A stretch of DNA of 64,000 nucleotides from an uncultured Gammaproteobacteria bacterium. GTDB taxonomy: Bacteria > Patescibacteriota > Microgenomatia > Levybacterales > UBA12049. A program made the translations under genes and the position numbers. Positions 9,514 through 18,590 of the stretch are shown piece after piece; the first letter of the stretch is position 1; each line of letters opens with the position of its first letter. Location: assembly GCA_964515545.1 (NCBI GenBank), contig CAZERI010000004.1, positions 24,572-88,571 on the forward strand, written 5' to 3'. The notes under the pieces were generated by a model. The model did no database searches. It was not told where the DNA came from and saw only the letters and a program-made list of their open reading frames with translations.

Positions 9514-10000
9514 CGTTCATAGAATCTAGAAAAACACGTGAGAAATACTTCTTTGCTGTAACCATTGTCCCTAAAGATCCCATATATGTCTCAATATCCT
9601 TGCTATTTGAAGACTGGACACTAAGAGCCAGCTGCTTTTTCTCAGCTGTAAATTCTTTTATAATAACTCCGTCTGGCAGCTTTTGGATAAGCTCATATAA
9701 TATTTGATCAAATTGAGAACGCTTCGCAACAATTGTTGAGATATCATTCATTCGCATAGTCAGCAGAGTTTGTTTTCTAATTTTTTCTTCAGACTGAGTA
9801 AGAAGCTGATTTTGCTGAAGTTCTTCCTGTTTGAGAGAGGTGAGAGGAGATGCAACGACAAGCAAGAAGAATGTCATTGATACAAGTGTTACTAAAAAAA
9901 GGAACCCTAAAGCACCTAATCGCAAAAAACGGACTTGTGAACTCAGCTTATACTTGCGACGTTCTTTTCTGCTGTAAAGTAAGTTAATTTCACTATTCAT
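9449..10000 (-). CDS. pilN: type IV pilus assembly protein PilN-like
   Basis: Basic N-terminus, TM (LGALGFLFLVTLVSMTFFLLVVA), coiled coil; immediately downstream of pilM with 8-nt overlap. Confidence 0.65.
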   Translation of the reverse strand: MNSEINLLYSRKERRKYKLSSQVRFLRLGALGFLFLVTLVSMTFFLLVVASPLTSLKQEELQQNQLLTQSEEKIRKQTLLTMRMNDISTIVAKRSQFDQILYELIQKLPDGVIIKEFTAEKKQLALSVQSSNSKDIETYMGSLGTMVTAKKYFSRVFLDSMNVEVGNDRQASDFRARFVISLL

Positions 10001-11021
10001 CTGACCTCATCGCTAAACCAATGGCAACAGAGAAGCGTGGTCCCTGATCAACCAACTCAGGCGAAACTCCAGAAATTGCCACTGACTTCCACGGATTACC
10101 AATAACCGTCTCAATACTGGTATTTTTAACAAAGAATAAATCAATACCAGGAAGGAGAGAACTGCCTCCTGTCAAAATAATCTGAGAAATAGGAGCATCA
10201 TTTTTATATTTATCGCTGTAATAAGCTATCGCTTTCTTAACCTCAGTCAGCATACTCATAAGAATAGGATGAAGAGCATTACTGATCTTTCCCCCTAAGT
10301 TCTGGTCGTTAATTCCATAAGTTTTTTTGTATTCTTCTGCTTGAGTCGGAGTAAATCCAAAGTTTGCTGCGATTGAACGATCCATTGCAGCACCCCCTAA
10401 AGGAATGGTATAGGTAAAAACAATGGTACCTGATTGAACAATCGCCAGCGTTGTACTCAATGCCCCCACATTCACGATAAGAAGCACAGCTTTCGAACTT
10501 GGTGGAATTAACGCTCTTACTATGGAAATAATCTCAGTCTCTACAACAGAGATATTCAATCCTGTCATTTCAATAATCTGCTGATAACGATGGACAAGTA
10601 CAGTTGGAGCTCCTACTAAAAGTACCTGCATTTTAGGGCTTACCTCGTTACTGACATTTCGGCGAACTACCTTATAATCAATAGACATCGTATTAAGAGG
10701 TGCTGGAATCTGTTGTTCGGCCTCCCAATAAATAGCAGATGAAAGCTCTTTGTCTGATAATTCAGGCATTTCAATAACTTTAGTAAAAACCTGATTTTCG
10801 GGTAAGGCGATATTAATATTTTTAGTTGTAACCTTTGCATCTACTACCAAGCGGGAAAGAGCTTGCGCCATCGCCTGCTGATCCAGAGGCGATTCAGAAT
10901 ACATTCCTTTTGCAGGTGTGACTGTCATCAGACACGACTTGAGCTGAAAACCACTATGGCTCTTTTGCAACCACACCAGCTTCATAGAAGTAGCTCCAAT
11001 ATCAACTCCAAAAACGTTCAT
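9993..11021 (-). CDS. pilM: type IV pilus assembly ATPase-like protein PilM (actin/HSP70 fold)
   Basis: N-terminal phosphate-1 motif FGVDIGATSMKLV, later GGSSLLPGI; 342 aa. Confidence 0.8.
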   Translation of the reverse strand: MNVFGVDIGATSMKLVWLQKSHSGFQLKSCLMTVTPAKGMYSESPLDQQAMAQALSRLVVDAKVTTKNINIALPENQVFTKVIEMPELSDKELSSAIYWEAEQQIPAPLNTMSIDYKVVRRNVSNEVSPKMQVLLVGAPTVLVHRYQQIIEMTGLNISVVETEIISIVRALIPPSSKAVLLIVNVGALSTTLAIVQSGTIVFTYTIPLGGAAMDRSIAANFGFTPTQAEEYKKTYGINDQNLGGKISNALHPILMSMLTEVKKAIAYYSDKYKNDAPISQIILTGGSSLLPGIDLFFVKNTSIETVIGNPWKSVAISGVSPELVDQGPRFSVAIGLAMRSDE

Positions 11022-11022
11022 A

Positions 11023-11808
11023 TTAATGAGAAAAAAGTACGTAAGAGAAGAACTCCATGGGCAGGCGGGGGTAGCCTTTGAAGACAGTTATTTTACGAGA
11101 AGTACCTCCTGCTGTTCCCGTGGAGACGATATTTTGCCCCTGAGCTGGTAGATTCGCCCCAATACCGCTCACTCCAATCACAGTGGATGTATATAGTGGG
11201 ATAACTCTCATCAAAAGACCATTGGTAACAGGAATAGAGTAGCTTCTCAAAAATGTTGTTCCATTTACTGTTCCGCCTGCCTGCTCACTGACAGCGTGAT
11301 TAGATGCTCTCCTGGCATCACAAGCATCAACAAGCGTATGGGTGATAACTGGATTAGCTTTAGTTCCTGTAATGGTTAAGACCTCAATAGCAGCAGCCTG
11401 ACAATCGTTACCACTAGTAGACCAATAGACTTTCACTGTCCCATTAAAAGGAGAAGTATACGTTGGATAGGTAGATAGCCATACATCGGCACCATCATCT
11501 TGGAAGACAGGAGATAAATTATTTACCGGAATGAAGGAACCTGAGACTGTCGATACAGATCCTGAGAACGAAGAACCATTGGAAAGGGTAGTATTGGGAA
11601 GTGAATTGTTAGTACTGTTTAAAAGCTTCTCTACTCCTGCTTCAGCTGCTGAAAATGCCCGCTGGGAGGATTCGCTTTCTTTTGTCGTACGAAGAGTGGT
11701 GATAGTATGTGAAATTACGCTCAGCCCTACTGTTAACGTCACGACCATAATGAGGATGACAATAAGAAGTACTTGGCCACGTTGATACTGAGATGAAATT
11801 CTCATCAT
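11023..11808 (-). CDS. PilX N-terminal domain minor pilin-like protein
   Basis: N-terminus MMRISSQYQRGQVLLIVILIMVVTLTVGLS resembles PilX_N (QRGxxLvvaLi..) rather than canonical GFTLIE; Ser/Thr/Gly-rich body. Confidence 0.55.
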   Translation of the reverse strand: MMRISSQYQRGQVLLIVILIMVVTLTVGLSVISHTITTLRTTKESESSQRAFSAAEAGVEKLLNSTNNSLPNTTLSNGSSFSGSVSTVSGSFIPVNNLSPVFQDDGADVWLSTYPTYTSPFNGTVKVYWSTSGNDCQAAAIEVLTITGTKANPVITHTLVDACDARRASNHAVSEQAGGTVNGTTFLRSYSIPVTNGLLMRVIPLYTSTVIGVSGIGANLPAQGQNIVSTGTAGGTSRKITVFKGYPRLPMEFFSYVLFSH

Positions 11809-11854
11809 ATTTCTATCGTAACAAGGTAGAATACTGCTGTCAATCTAGCCTAAA

Positions 11855-12400
11855 TCACTGCACATTACGAAGTATTACAGAAGTCTGAAAAGTAGAAGGA
11901 GAATTATTCTCAACCAGGTTATTTCCATTCTTTTTATTGAGAGTAAAAGAAATTGTCATAGAAGGACTGTCGTAAGGATTAGCCTGAAAACAGCTAAATG
12001 AACAGGCAGTCACCGCCACAGCAGAATTATTAAGCATATTTGCGCTGTTACTGGCCAGTACTCCGCTTAAGGTATCACATGAAAAAGTTGTCGTATTATT
12101 ATCAACATTTCTAATAGTTATTGACGTTGAGACGATAGGAGTAGGGGTAGGACCGGAATAACAGCTGTCAGGGGACTCAAGAGCCACAGAATAACGAATC
12201 ATACGAGTCATCTGAGAAAGAACAAAATTACCATTTTGCTGAATAGTTGCAATCGAATCTGACTTATTTGCGCCTCTGAGAGTTGATGATAAGGTCTGGA
12301 ACATGAGCGTCCCTACCACTCCTGTAATTGCTAAGACTGCTAACATCTCTACCAGAGTAAATCCTGATTGAAGTTTTTTAATTTTTTTTTGTTTTTTCAT
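11855..12400 (-). CDS. type IV pilin-like (minor pilin/pseudopilin), class III signal
   Basis: Prepilin cleavage/methylation motif LQSG|FTLVEMLAVLAITGVVG. Confidence 0.75.
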   Translation of the reverse strand: MKKQKKIKKLQSGFTLVEMLAVLAITGVVGTLMFQTLSSTLRGANKSDSIATIQQNGNFVLSQMTRMIRYSVALESPDSCYSGPTPTPIVSTSITIRNVDNNTTTFSCDTLSGVLASNSANMLNNSAVAVTACSFSCFQANPYDSPSMTISFTLNKKNGNNLVENNSPSTFQTSVILRNVQ

Positions 12401-12912
12401 GGACTTAATCTTGTATCATAATTTGTAAAACATGATTCAACCTGAACATTATGACAGTATGGGTTAGACACGTTCGTGCATTTGCCGTCACCATAACTCA
12501 CCGTAACTACGGCTCGAATAAAGCTTTTACCAGGAATCGGATTTTGGGGTATACACCTGGAGTCATTAGGCTTTACATCTACCTGTCTAGAGAAGGTATT
12601 TCCTACATTGATACCGCACGTGGTAATCTTAGGACCACAGCTTCCGCTTGTCAGAGTCAGAGAACTGCAAGAAGATGCCATACAATAGCTATTATTGGCA
12701 TTGTTGGAAAGAAGGACAAGCTGACTCCAATTATTGTCTTTAATATTACGTATTAGCTCAAGCCCATCCTGAGCATACTGTGTCGCAAGCGTTCTTGAAG
12801 AACCCTCAGATGCATTATTAAGAGAACTTAACATCATCAAGGTAAGAGCTGTCAGTACGACAATTCCTGCACCTAAGGCAATAACTACTTCGACAATTGT
12901 TTGACCTTTCAT
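12397..12912 (-). CDS. type IV pilin-like protein with atypical prepilin motif (KGQTIVEVV)
   Basis: MKGQTIVEVVIALGAGIVVLTALTLM: G at -1, E at +5 retained, but Q replaces the usual F/M at +1. Confidence 0.55.
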   Translation of the reverse strand: MKGQTIVEVVIALGAGIVVLTALTLMMLSSLNNASEGSSRTLATQYAQDGLELIRNIKDNNWSQLVLLSNNANNSYCMASSCSSLTLTSGSCGPKITTCGINVGNTFSRQVDVKPNDSRCIPQNPIPGKSFIRAVVTVSYGDGKCTNVSNPYCHNVQVESCFTNYDTRLSP

Positions 12913-12913
12913 A

Positions 12914-13423
12914 TTATTGATAGCTTATTGACCCAACTGAGCTTACTAATAAAGTAACAGTCGAACCATTCCCCGATATCGCAACAGAACCTGCTCCGGT
13001 TACTCCTCCTGTCAAAACATTAAAGCGGTAACTAGTGGAGGTAGTCCCAGTACTTGAAAAATGCATATTACTCGGCAATTTTTTCACAACTGGAGGGACG
13101 AGATCTGTTTTGACCCCTGAACACACAACAGACATTTTATAACTATCAGCAGTCGTACAACCTGCTCCTGCAGTGATACAGATATCGACAACATATCCTC
13201 CTAGACTTCCAGAACAAGACGACGGCTTAACTTGAGAAAGAGATCGGGACTTTGCATCGTTTAAAAAAGAGGCAAGCTGTGCACCTGTCTGTTTTATAGC
13301 AGAGGCCTTATTAAAATCAGAAAAAGAAGCAAGCGTTACTGTTGAGATAATTGCTACAATAGAGAAGACAACTAAAAGCTCTATTAAGGTAAAACCTCTT
13401 ACATGACGGGATACGTGCTTCAT
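12914..13423 (-). CDS. type IV pilin-like protein
   Basis: VRG|FTLIELLVVFSIVAII prepilin motif. Confidence 0.75.
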   Translation of the reverse strand: MKHVSRHVRGFTLIELLVVFSIVAIISTVTLASFSDFNKASAIKQTGAQLASFLNDAKSRSLSQVKPSSCSGSLGGYVVDICITAGAGCTTADSYKMSVVCSGVKTDLVPPVVKKLPSNMHFSSTGTTSTSYRFNVLTGGVTGAGSVAISGNGSTVTLLVSSVGSISYQ

Positions 13424-13962
13424 TACGGATTAGTCAGGACATAATATTTGCCGGATGGACATGACCCGCTAGATGCACCAGGAGCTGTTGTAGTAGAGTC
13501 AGTATCTCCATCATTAGCATTTTCCAAACATGCTCCTAAAATATAGGTAGCACCTGCCGCGCTTGTGTAATAGTAATTACCACCATTAAAAGAAGAGCTT
13601 GAAAGAGGATCACAGGGAACCTTTGCCATATAAGTTACTGTGTTATAGCTAAAGGCAACTCGGCTGGCATTATTGCATGAGGCTGTATTTGTTACAGATT
13701 TATTAGAAAAACCATTGGGATAGCTTCCTACATCGCTTTTATAAAGCTCAAGAGCTGACTGAATTTGACGAAGATCAGATTTCCGTGAAGTATCGCGAGC
13801 CCTTTGCCTCACACCCACATAATTAGCACTAATTAAAGTAGCCAGAATACCAATAATAGCTATAACTATTAATAACTCAATAAGCGTAAAGCCTGAAGAA
13901 TACGAGGTGTATCTATTATCCTTTCGTATACTAGAAAATATGGTGGGCAGGTAATTTTTCAT
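13423..13962 (-). CDS. type IV pilin / GspG-like pseudopilin
   Basis: SSG|FTLIELLIVIAIIGILA plus ARDTSRKSDLRQIQSALELY (GspG/PilA-like alpha1C). Confidence 0.8.
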   Translation of the reverse strand: MKNYLPTIFSSIRKDNRYTSYSSGFTLIELLIVIAIIGILATLISANYVGVRQRARDTSRKSDLRQIQSALELYKSDVGSYPNGFSNKSVTNTASCNNASRVAFSYNTVTYMAKVPCDPLSSSSFNGGNYYYTSAAGATYILGACLENANDGDTDSTTTAPGASSGSCPSGKYYVLTNP

Positions 13963-14504
13963 GGGCTAAGATCAGCACTGGTAACGCCAAACGTACAGAC
14001 TCCTCCGCAAGAAGTTGCTGGATTAGGGTTGATCCCAAAAGTACCTAGACTGTCACAAGCACTTCCATTACTGTGGCAGATTTGCGGATCAGTGTTCTTT
14101 TCCAGACTAGCATAGACACCATATCGTTGTCCATCTGCTGAGGCTCCATAGACATACGTTCTTCCATTGCTAGGGTCTTTTGGCAGCATGTCTATATAAG
14201 GCTGCCATGATGTACCCCAATTTACTGTGGCATTGTTGGCATATATTTTATTATTAATTGCCTGAGGATAACGGCCATTATCTGCATAATATGCCTCGAG
14301 GGCACGCTGAACCATCTCTAAATCTGCTTTTCTTTTAGCATCATTTGCTTTATGAACCTGTTGAGAAGGATTAATAACAGCAATAGCTCCTGCTGCAAAT
14401 AAGCCAATAATTGCTGTTACTAAAATAAGTTCAATGAGAGTAAACCCTCGCTGATATGATATATACCATTTTGCTTTAATCATCATTGTTATCTCCCAGA
14501 ACAT
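13959..14504 (-). CDS. type IV pilin / GspG-like pseudopilin
   Basis: QRG|FTLIELILVTAIIGLFA plus DAKRKADLEMVQRALEAYY. Confidence 0.8.
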   Translation of the reverse strand: MFWEITMMIKAKWYISYQRGFTLIELILVTAIIGLFAAGAIAVINPSQQVHKANDAKRKADLEMVQRALEAYYADNGRYPQAINNKIYANNATVNWGTSWQPYIDMLPKDPSNGRTYVYGASADGQRYGVYASLEKNTDPQICHSNGSACDSLGTFGINPNPATSCGGVCTFGVTSADLSP

Positions 14505-15196
14505 ACGTTATCACAGCTTGATGTACAGTAGTCTCCAGTCCCGACTGTGACGTGATTACAAGTACCGCTTGAGCATGCATAATCTCTAGAACATCCCACA
14601 GGAGTAGGAGTCGGGGTATTAGGAGGCATAGGTGTACCCGAAGGAAGAGAGGAGATGTCAGAACCAGAACTCAAACTGGAGGCAGCCAGATGGGCACATC
14701 CTGCACTATCCACATTCCCCGAGACTACACAGGCCCAGGAATTATCATAATCGGTAGGTACACATGCAGAAAGCTGCGTAAGAGAGCACTGAGGGGTCGT
14801 GGGGGTTATCGCTTGCTTAGTAAAAACTACATTCCACTGAGGACAGCCTCCTAAATATTTATAAACATAACAATTAGTATTGCCTGCACAAGCTAAATCC
14901 TGAGGTACTTCCCTCATATAAGTAGTATTATTTTCAACCCAGGCTTCCCCAAAGGGAAGGGTAGTAGGATAACAGTTATGGTCATTGTAATAAGTATCAA
15001 GTGCTGTTTTTATTTGCTTTATATCTTGTCTTCGCCTTGCATCATCTACCTTACTTAACTGATGCTTGGGGTTAAGGACAGCAAAAGCCATTCCCAAAAG
15101 GATACCTAGCATAGCTATTACCACCATTAGTTCAACAAGCGTAAAACCAGAGTACCACCATGATGAACCCTTCAATTTTAGATATTTAACGGACAT
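14489..15196 (-). CDS. type IV pilin-like protein with Cys-rich, Pro/Thr-linker C-terminal domain
   Basis: YSG|FTLVELMVVIAMLGILLG, DDARRRQDIKQIKTALDTYY; PNTPTPTPV linker; 12 Cys. Confidence 0.75.
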   Translation of the reverse strand: MSVKYLKLKGSSWWYSGFTLVELMVVIAMLGILLGMAFAVLNPKHQLSKVDDARRRQDIKQIKTALDTYYNDHNCYPTTLPFGEAWVENNTTYMREVPQDLACAGNTNCYVYKYLGGCPQWNVVFTKQAITPTTPQCSLTQLSACVPTDYDNSWACVVSGNVDSAGCAHLAASSLSSGSDISSLPSGTPMPPNTPTPTPVGCSRDYACSSGTCNHVTVGTGDYCTSSCDNVCSGR

Positions 15197-15956
15197 AATT
15201 TAACACTATATGAGAAATCTCCCTACCCCATATCATCATAATAAATGTACCAAGGACAAGAAAAGGACCAAAAGGGATAGTACCCCCATGCAGTTTTTTC
15301 TTCTTTAATGCAACCAAAATAAGTGAGATTATCGCTCCAATTATAAAACTAAGATAGAGACCATAAAATATACCAGGAAATCCTAGAAGCAGCCCCATAC
15401 TAACAACATAAACAACATCCCCAAAACCCATGCCTTTACCCTTTGTCACTAAGAAGATACCTAAGAAAAAAAGTCCTGCACCTAGTCCTGAAAGGATATG
15501 GGCTACTAATCCTTCCGGAGTAAGAAGGTAGGTAAGGAGCAACGCTGCGATACTAACTATGACAACCACTGGAAAGGGGATAATCTCATATCGAATATCA
15601 GCAAAACAGATGACAAGCAGACAAAGTGTAATGATCTCATAGAGGATGAGAATAGGCATACCTAAATGAAATATCGATAAAAAGACAAGAGCTATCACTA
15701 CGCCAGTCAAAAACTCTGATAGGGGATACCATAGTGATAATTTGACTTTACAGTGTCTACATCTTCCTCTTTGCATAAGGTAGGAGACAATAGGAATTAG
15801 CTCATACCATGAGAGGACATGGTTACAATGATCACATTTTGAGCGTCCTGTCACAAAAGAGATACCTTTATTAGTTCTTTCAGCCACCACTAGAAGAAAA
15901 CTTCCTAAAAAAAGCCCTACAAAAAATGTAAAGAATGTCAAAATAGTTATCATCAT
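15186..15956 (-). CDS. pilD: prepilin peptidase (A24 family)
   Basis: Zn-finger CDHCNHVLSWYELIPIVSYLMQRGRCRHCKVKLS, multi-TM, catalytic-Asp region GMGFGDVVYV. Confidence 0.85.
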   Translation of the reverse strand: MMITILTFFTFFVGLFLGSFLLVVAERTNKGISFVTGRSKCDHCNHVLSWYELIPIVSYLMQRGRCRHCKVKLSLWYPLSEFLTGVVIALVFLSIFHLGMPILILYEIITLCLLVICFADIRYEIIPFPVVVIVSIAALLLTYLLTPEGLVAHILSGLGAGLFFLGIFLVTKGKGMGFGDVVYVVSMGLLLGFPGIFYGLYLSFIIGAIISLILVALKKKKLHGGTIPFGPFLVLGTFIMMIWGREISHIVLNYVR

Positions 15957-17971
15957 TTTGCAAAAAGATCTTCGTGGAAGAGCTTTTGATACTGAGCCTT
16001 CAGTTCTTCAATTTTCCCTTTATCAGTATGACATTCAGTCTCAGCACTTGCCAAGAGCTTAAAATAGAATTTATTGTAGGGATCTTTCTCTAAGGCCTGA
16101 TTATAATCAAAAAGAGCCTTAGTACAGTCATGGGCAATAGTGAGAGCAAATGTACCTAAGCTAGCGAGTGCCGGATGAAAATCAGGATAGACACTAAGAC
16201 TCCTCAGCATAGAGGTGGCATAATTCGTATAATCATTATAGGTATTTGAAGCATATACCCCGGTATGCCAAAGAGCCCAGGCATAAGTATTATAAATCGC
16301 AGCTAGGCTTAAATTATGATATGCAGGAGTTGGATTCTTTGTATAAAGCGGGACTTTCAGTTGTGACCAAATTTTTTGTGACCGGCTGCTAAATTCTTTA
16401 GCTGTTAATTTTGCTTCCTGACTCCGCCTCAGTTCATACACCAAACCATAGGGGACCCACGAAATAGTCGAATTACCCTTATATGGCACTTCTGAAAAGA
16501 CAGGATAAAACTTATCTACTGATTCGATATTTTTAAGAAGGGCAGTGCTTTGCTCATTATCTTTAGTGGGTATCGTTACATCTGTTGAAAGTTTTCCTAA
16601 TACTATATTGGTATCTTTTGGATCAACAGCATTAAGGAGCGTTATGTCTGTACGATACTTCAAAGAATAACGCAAATATAAGGTATTAAAAAGACTCGTA
16701 TCGCTGGCAAGGAGAAGTATACTATTCTCAGGAAGGGGAGTAAGGTAATTTTTGCCTAGCTCATCACCGATAGTTACCTGTGAGAGATTCGTTTTAGGGA
16801 AATTATATACAAATAATTGGATAGGAATAAGCAAAAATACTCCTACAAAGAAAGAAGTATAGAGTGGCTTTGTAACCAGCCTGCTAAGCGCTGCTGTAAA
16901 TATATCCAGTCCAGTAGGTAGTAACACAAAAAACACCACTAATGATGCTGCCATAAACCTCTCAGCAAGACCTACCCGGAAGGCATTCTCCAGAGGAAAC
17001 CCTGCATAGAACATAAAAATCGGTCCGCTTAAAAGAAAAGCAATAGCTACCGCTATAACAATGCGCGACTTATCAATAATTCCTTTCACCAGCGCAAGGC
17101 CACATAAAATAACGACAGGCACTGTCAACTGTGAGACCATAGTACTTATATAATGGGTAAGAGTGGCAAGACGATTTACTACTCCAGGAGTATCAAAATA
17201 TCCTGCTTGGAAGGTCCCATATCTCTCACGCAGAACAAATGCTAAGAAAGATTGTAAATTAGTAATATGCGCCCAATCAATCTGAGGATGACTCAAGGAA
17301 GACAGGACAATATAAAGATAGGGAGTTAACCCCAAAAGAAAAAGACCTGAAATCTTTCCTATAATATTTTTATTTTTTTTAAATTCTTTAAAAAAATGAG
17401 GCCATATGATAATCAATAAAGCCGGGAAAAGAAGGAGAATTGTTAGATGATTTGTGAGCGATAGACCAGCACAAAAGGCAAGAGAGTAAAGGTATTTCCG
17501 AGACTTATTTCTATAATATGAAATCGCTAGAAAAAGAAGAAGAACAATAAAAAAGTTATGTAATGCAAATACTTCAGGGATTTCAGCAAAAAACCAAAAG
17601 AGGTACATTGTACTCAGCGTTAGTGTAGAGACTACATTAACAAAAGTTTTTTTTGTGAGGAGAACAGCAATTTTAAAATAGAGAACTAAAGCAAGGGCTG
17701 AGACTAGGGATGATATTATTCCTACTGAAAAAGCAGGAGACATATGAATAATGCCTCCGAGCTTAGTAGTAATGAACCCTAAGAGAGTAAAAAGAGGATA
17801 ACCCGGAGGATGTGCAACTCCATGGACTGCTGCTGCACTCACCAACAATCCAGTATCGCCTGCGTAAATACTTCGACTAAGATTATGAATATAGAGGGCT
17901 AAAATAGCAAAAAAGAGTATTACTTCTAATACTCTCTGATTTTTAACCATTAATTTTATAACGTAGCACAC
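15953..17971 (-). CDS. DUF2723/TMEM260-like polytopic membrane protein (GT-C fold glycosyltransferase-like) with C-terminal TPR-like repeats
   Basis: N-terminal motif YAGDTGLLVSAAAVHGVAHPPGYPLFTLLG characteristic of DUF2723; >10 predicted TM; helical-repeat C-terminus; embedded between pilin and pilD. Confidence 0.55.
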   Translation of the reverse strand: MCYVIKLMVKNQRVLEVILFFAILALYIHNLSRSIYAGDTGLLVSAAAVHGVAHPPGYPLFTLLGFITTKLGGIIHMSPAFSVGIISSLVSALALVLYFKIAVLLTKKTFVNVVSTLTLSTMYLFWFFAEIPEVFALHNFFIVLLLFLAISYYRNKSRKYLYSLAFCAGLSLTNHLTILLLFPALLIIIWPHFFKEFKKNKNIIGKISGLFLLGLTPYLYIVLSSLSHPQIDWAHITNLQSFLAFVLRERYGTFQAGYFDTPGVVNRLATLTHYISTMVSQLTVPVVILCGLALVKGIIDKSRIVIAVAIAFLLSGPIFMFYAGFPLENAFRVGLAERFMAASLVVFFVLLPTGLDIFTAALSRLVTKPLYTSFFVGVFLLIPIQLFVYNFPKTNLSQVTIGDELGKNYLTPLPENSILLLASDTSLFNTLYLRYSLKYRTDITLLNAVDPKDTNIVLGKLSTDVTIPTKDNEQSTALLKNIESVDKFYPVFSEVPYKGNSTISWVPYGLVYELRRSQEAKLTAKEFSSRSQKIWSQLKVPLYTKNPTPAYHNLSLAAIYNTYAWALWHTGVYASNTYNDYTNYATSMLRSLSVYPDFHPALASLGTFALTIAHDCTKALFDYNQALEKDPYNKFYFKLLASAETECHTDKGKIEELKAQYQKLFHEDLFAK

Positions 17972-18531
17972 CAGTAGCAGTTGGCAGAGCCGCCTTTGGA
18001 TTTGCAGGTAGTATTATTGGTAGTAGAACCAGCACCAGAAGTATAGATGGTATTAGCATCACGCTGCTGGGATTTAGACTGTGGCATATAACAGGCAGTA
18101 GCACGATTAGATGGATTAGTAGTATCTCCCGTAATATAGACCAAAGCAGTTATACTTGTTGCTGCGGTGAATTCATCCTTCAGCTCTCCATCTGTTATCA
18201 ATCCATTGACACACGTAAGTCCAGCTCCACTATTAATAACTGCTCCTGAAATAACTCCAGCTGTACCACAATTAGCTACCCCTCCTGTACCCCATGGCAT
18301 ATCATTATGCGTTGTGTAGTAGCGAAGTGATGCATTAACCAACTCCACTGCAGCATTCTTTACATTAGAATCATTTGCCTTCTTCAACTGCTCAAATGGA
18401 TCTATGGTTGCTACTAAGGCTGTTGCCAAAATACCTAAAATACCCAAAACAACGAGTAGTTCGATAAGCGTAAAGCCTTTGAGGTGGTGCAGTGTGGTTC
18501 GGGCAGATTTCATATCTCTAGAGTGAATCAA
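17956..18531 (-). CDS. pilA: type IV pilin (major pilin candidate, adjacent to pilC)
   Basis: LKG|FTLIELLVVLGILGILATALVA; Gly/Ser/Thr-rich C-terminus with Cys pair (CKSKGGSANCYWC); position next to pilB-pilT-pilC. Confidence 0.7.
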   Translation of the reverse strand: MIHSRDMKSARTTLHHLKGFTLIELLVVLGILGILATALVATIDPFEQLKKANDSNVKNAAVELVNASLRYYTTHNDMPWGTGGVANCGTAGVISGAVINSGAGLTCVNGLITDGELKDEFTAATSITALVYITGDTTNPSNRATACYMPQSKSQQRDANTIYTSGAGSTTNNTTCKSKGGSANCYWCATL

Positions 18532-18590
18532 TCATCTCTTCATTTATTATTCACAGGTTCTTACACTCTTGTCAAGTGGGAAAACTTTCC

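Noticed and set aside
9462-9707. Plus-strand 81-aa ORF antisense to pilN
   Set aside because: Antisense to a well-supported operon gene; no features of a real gene.
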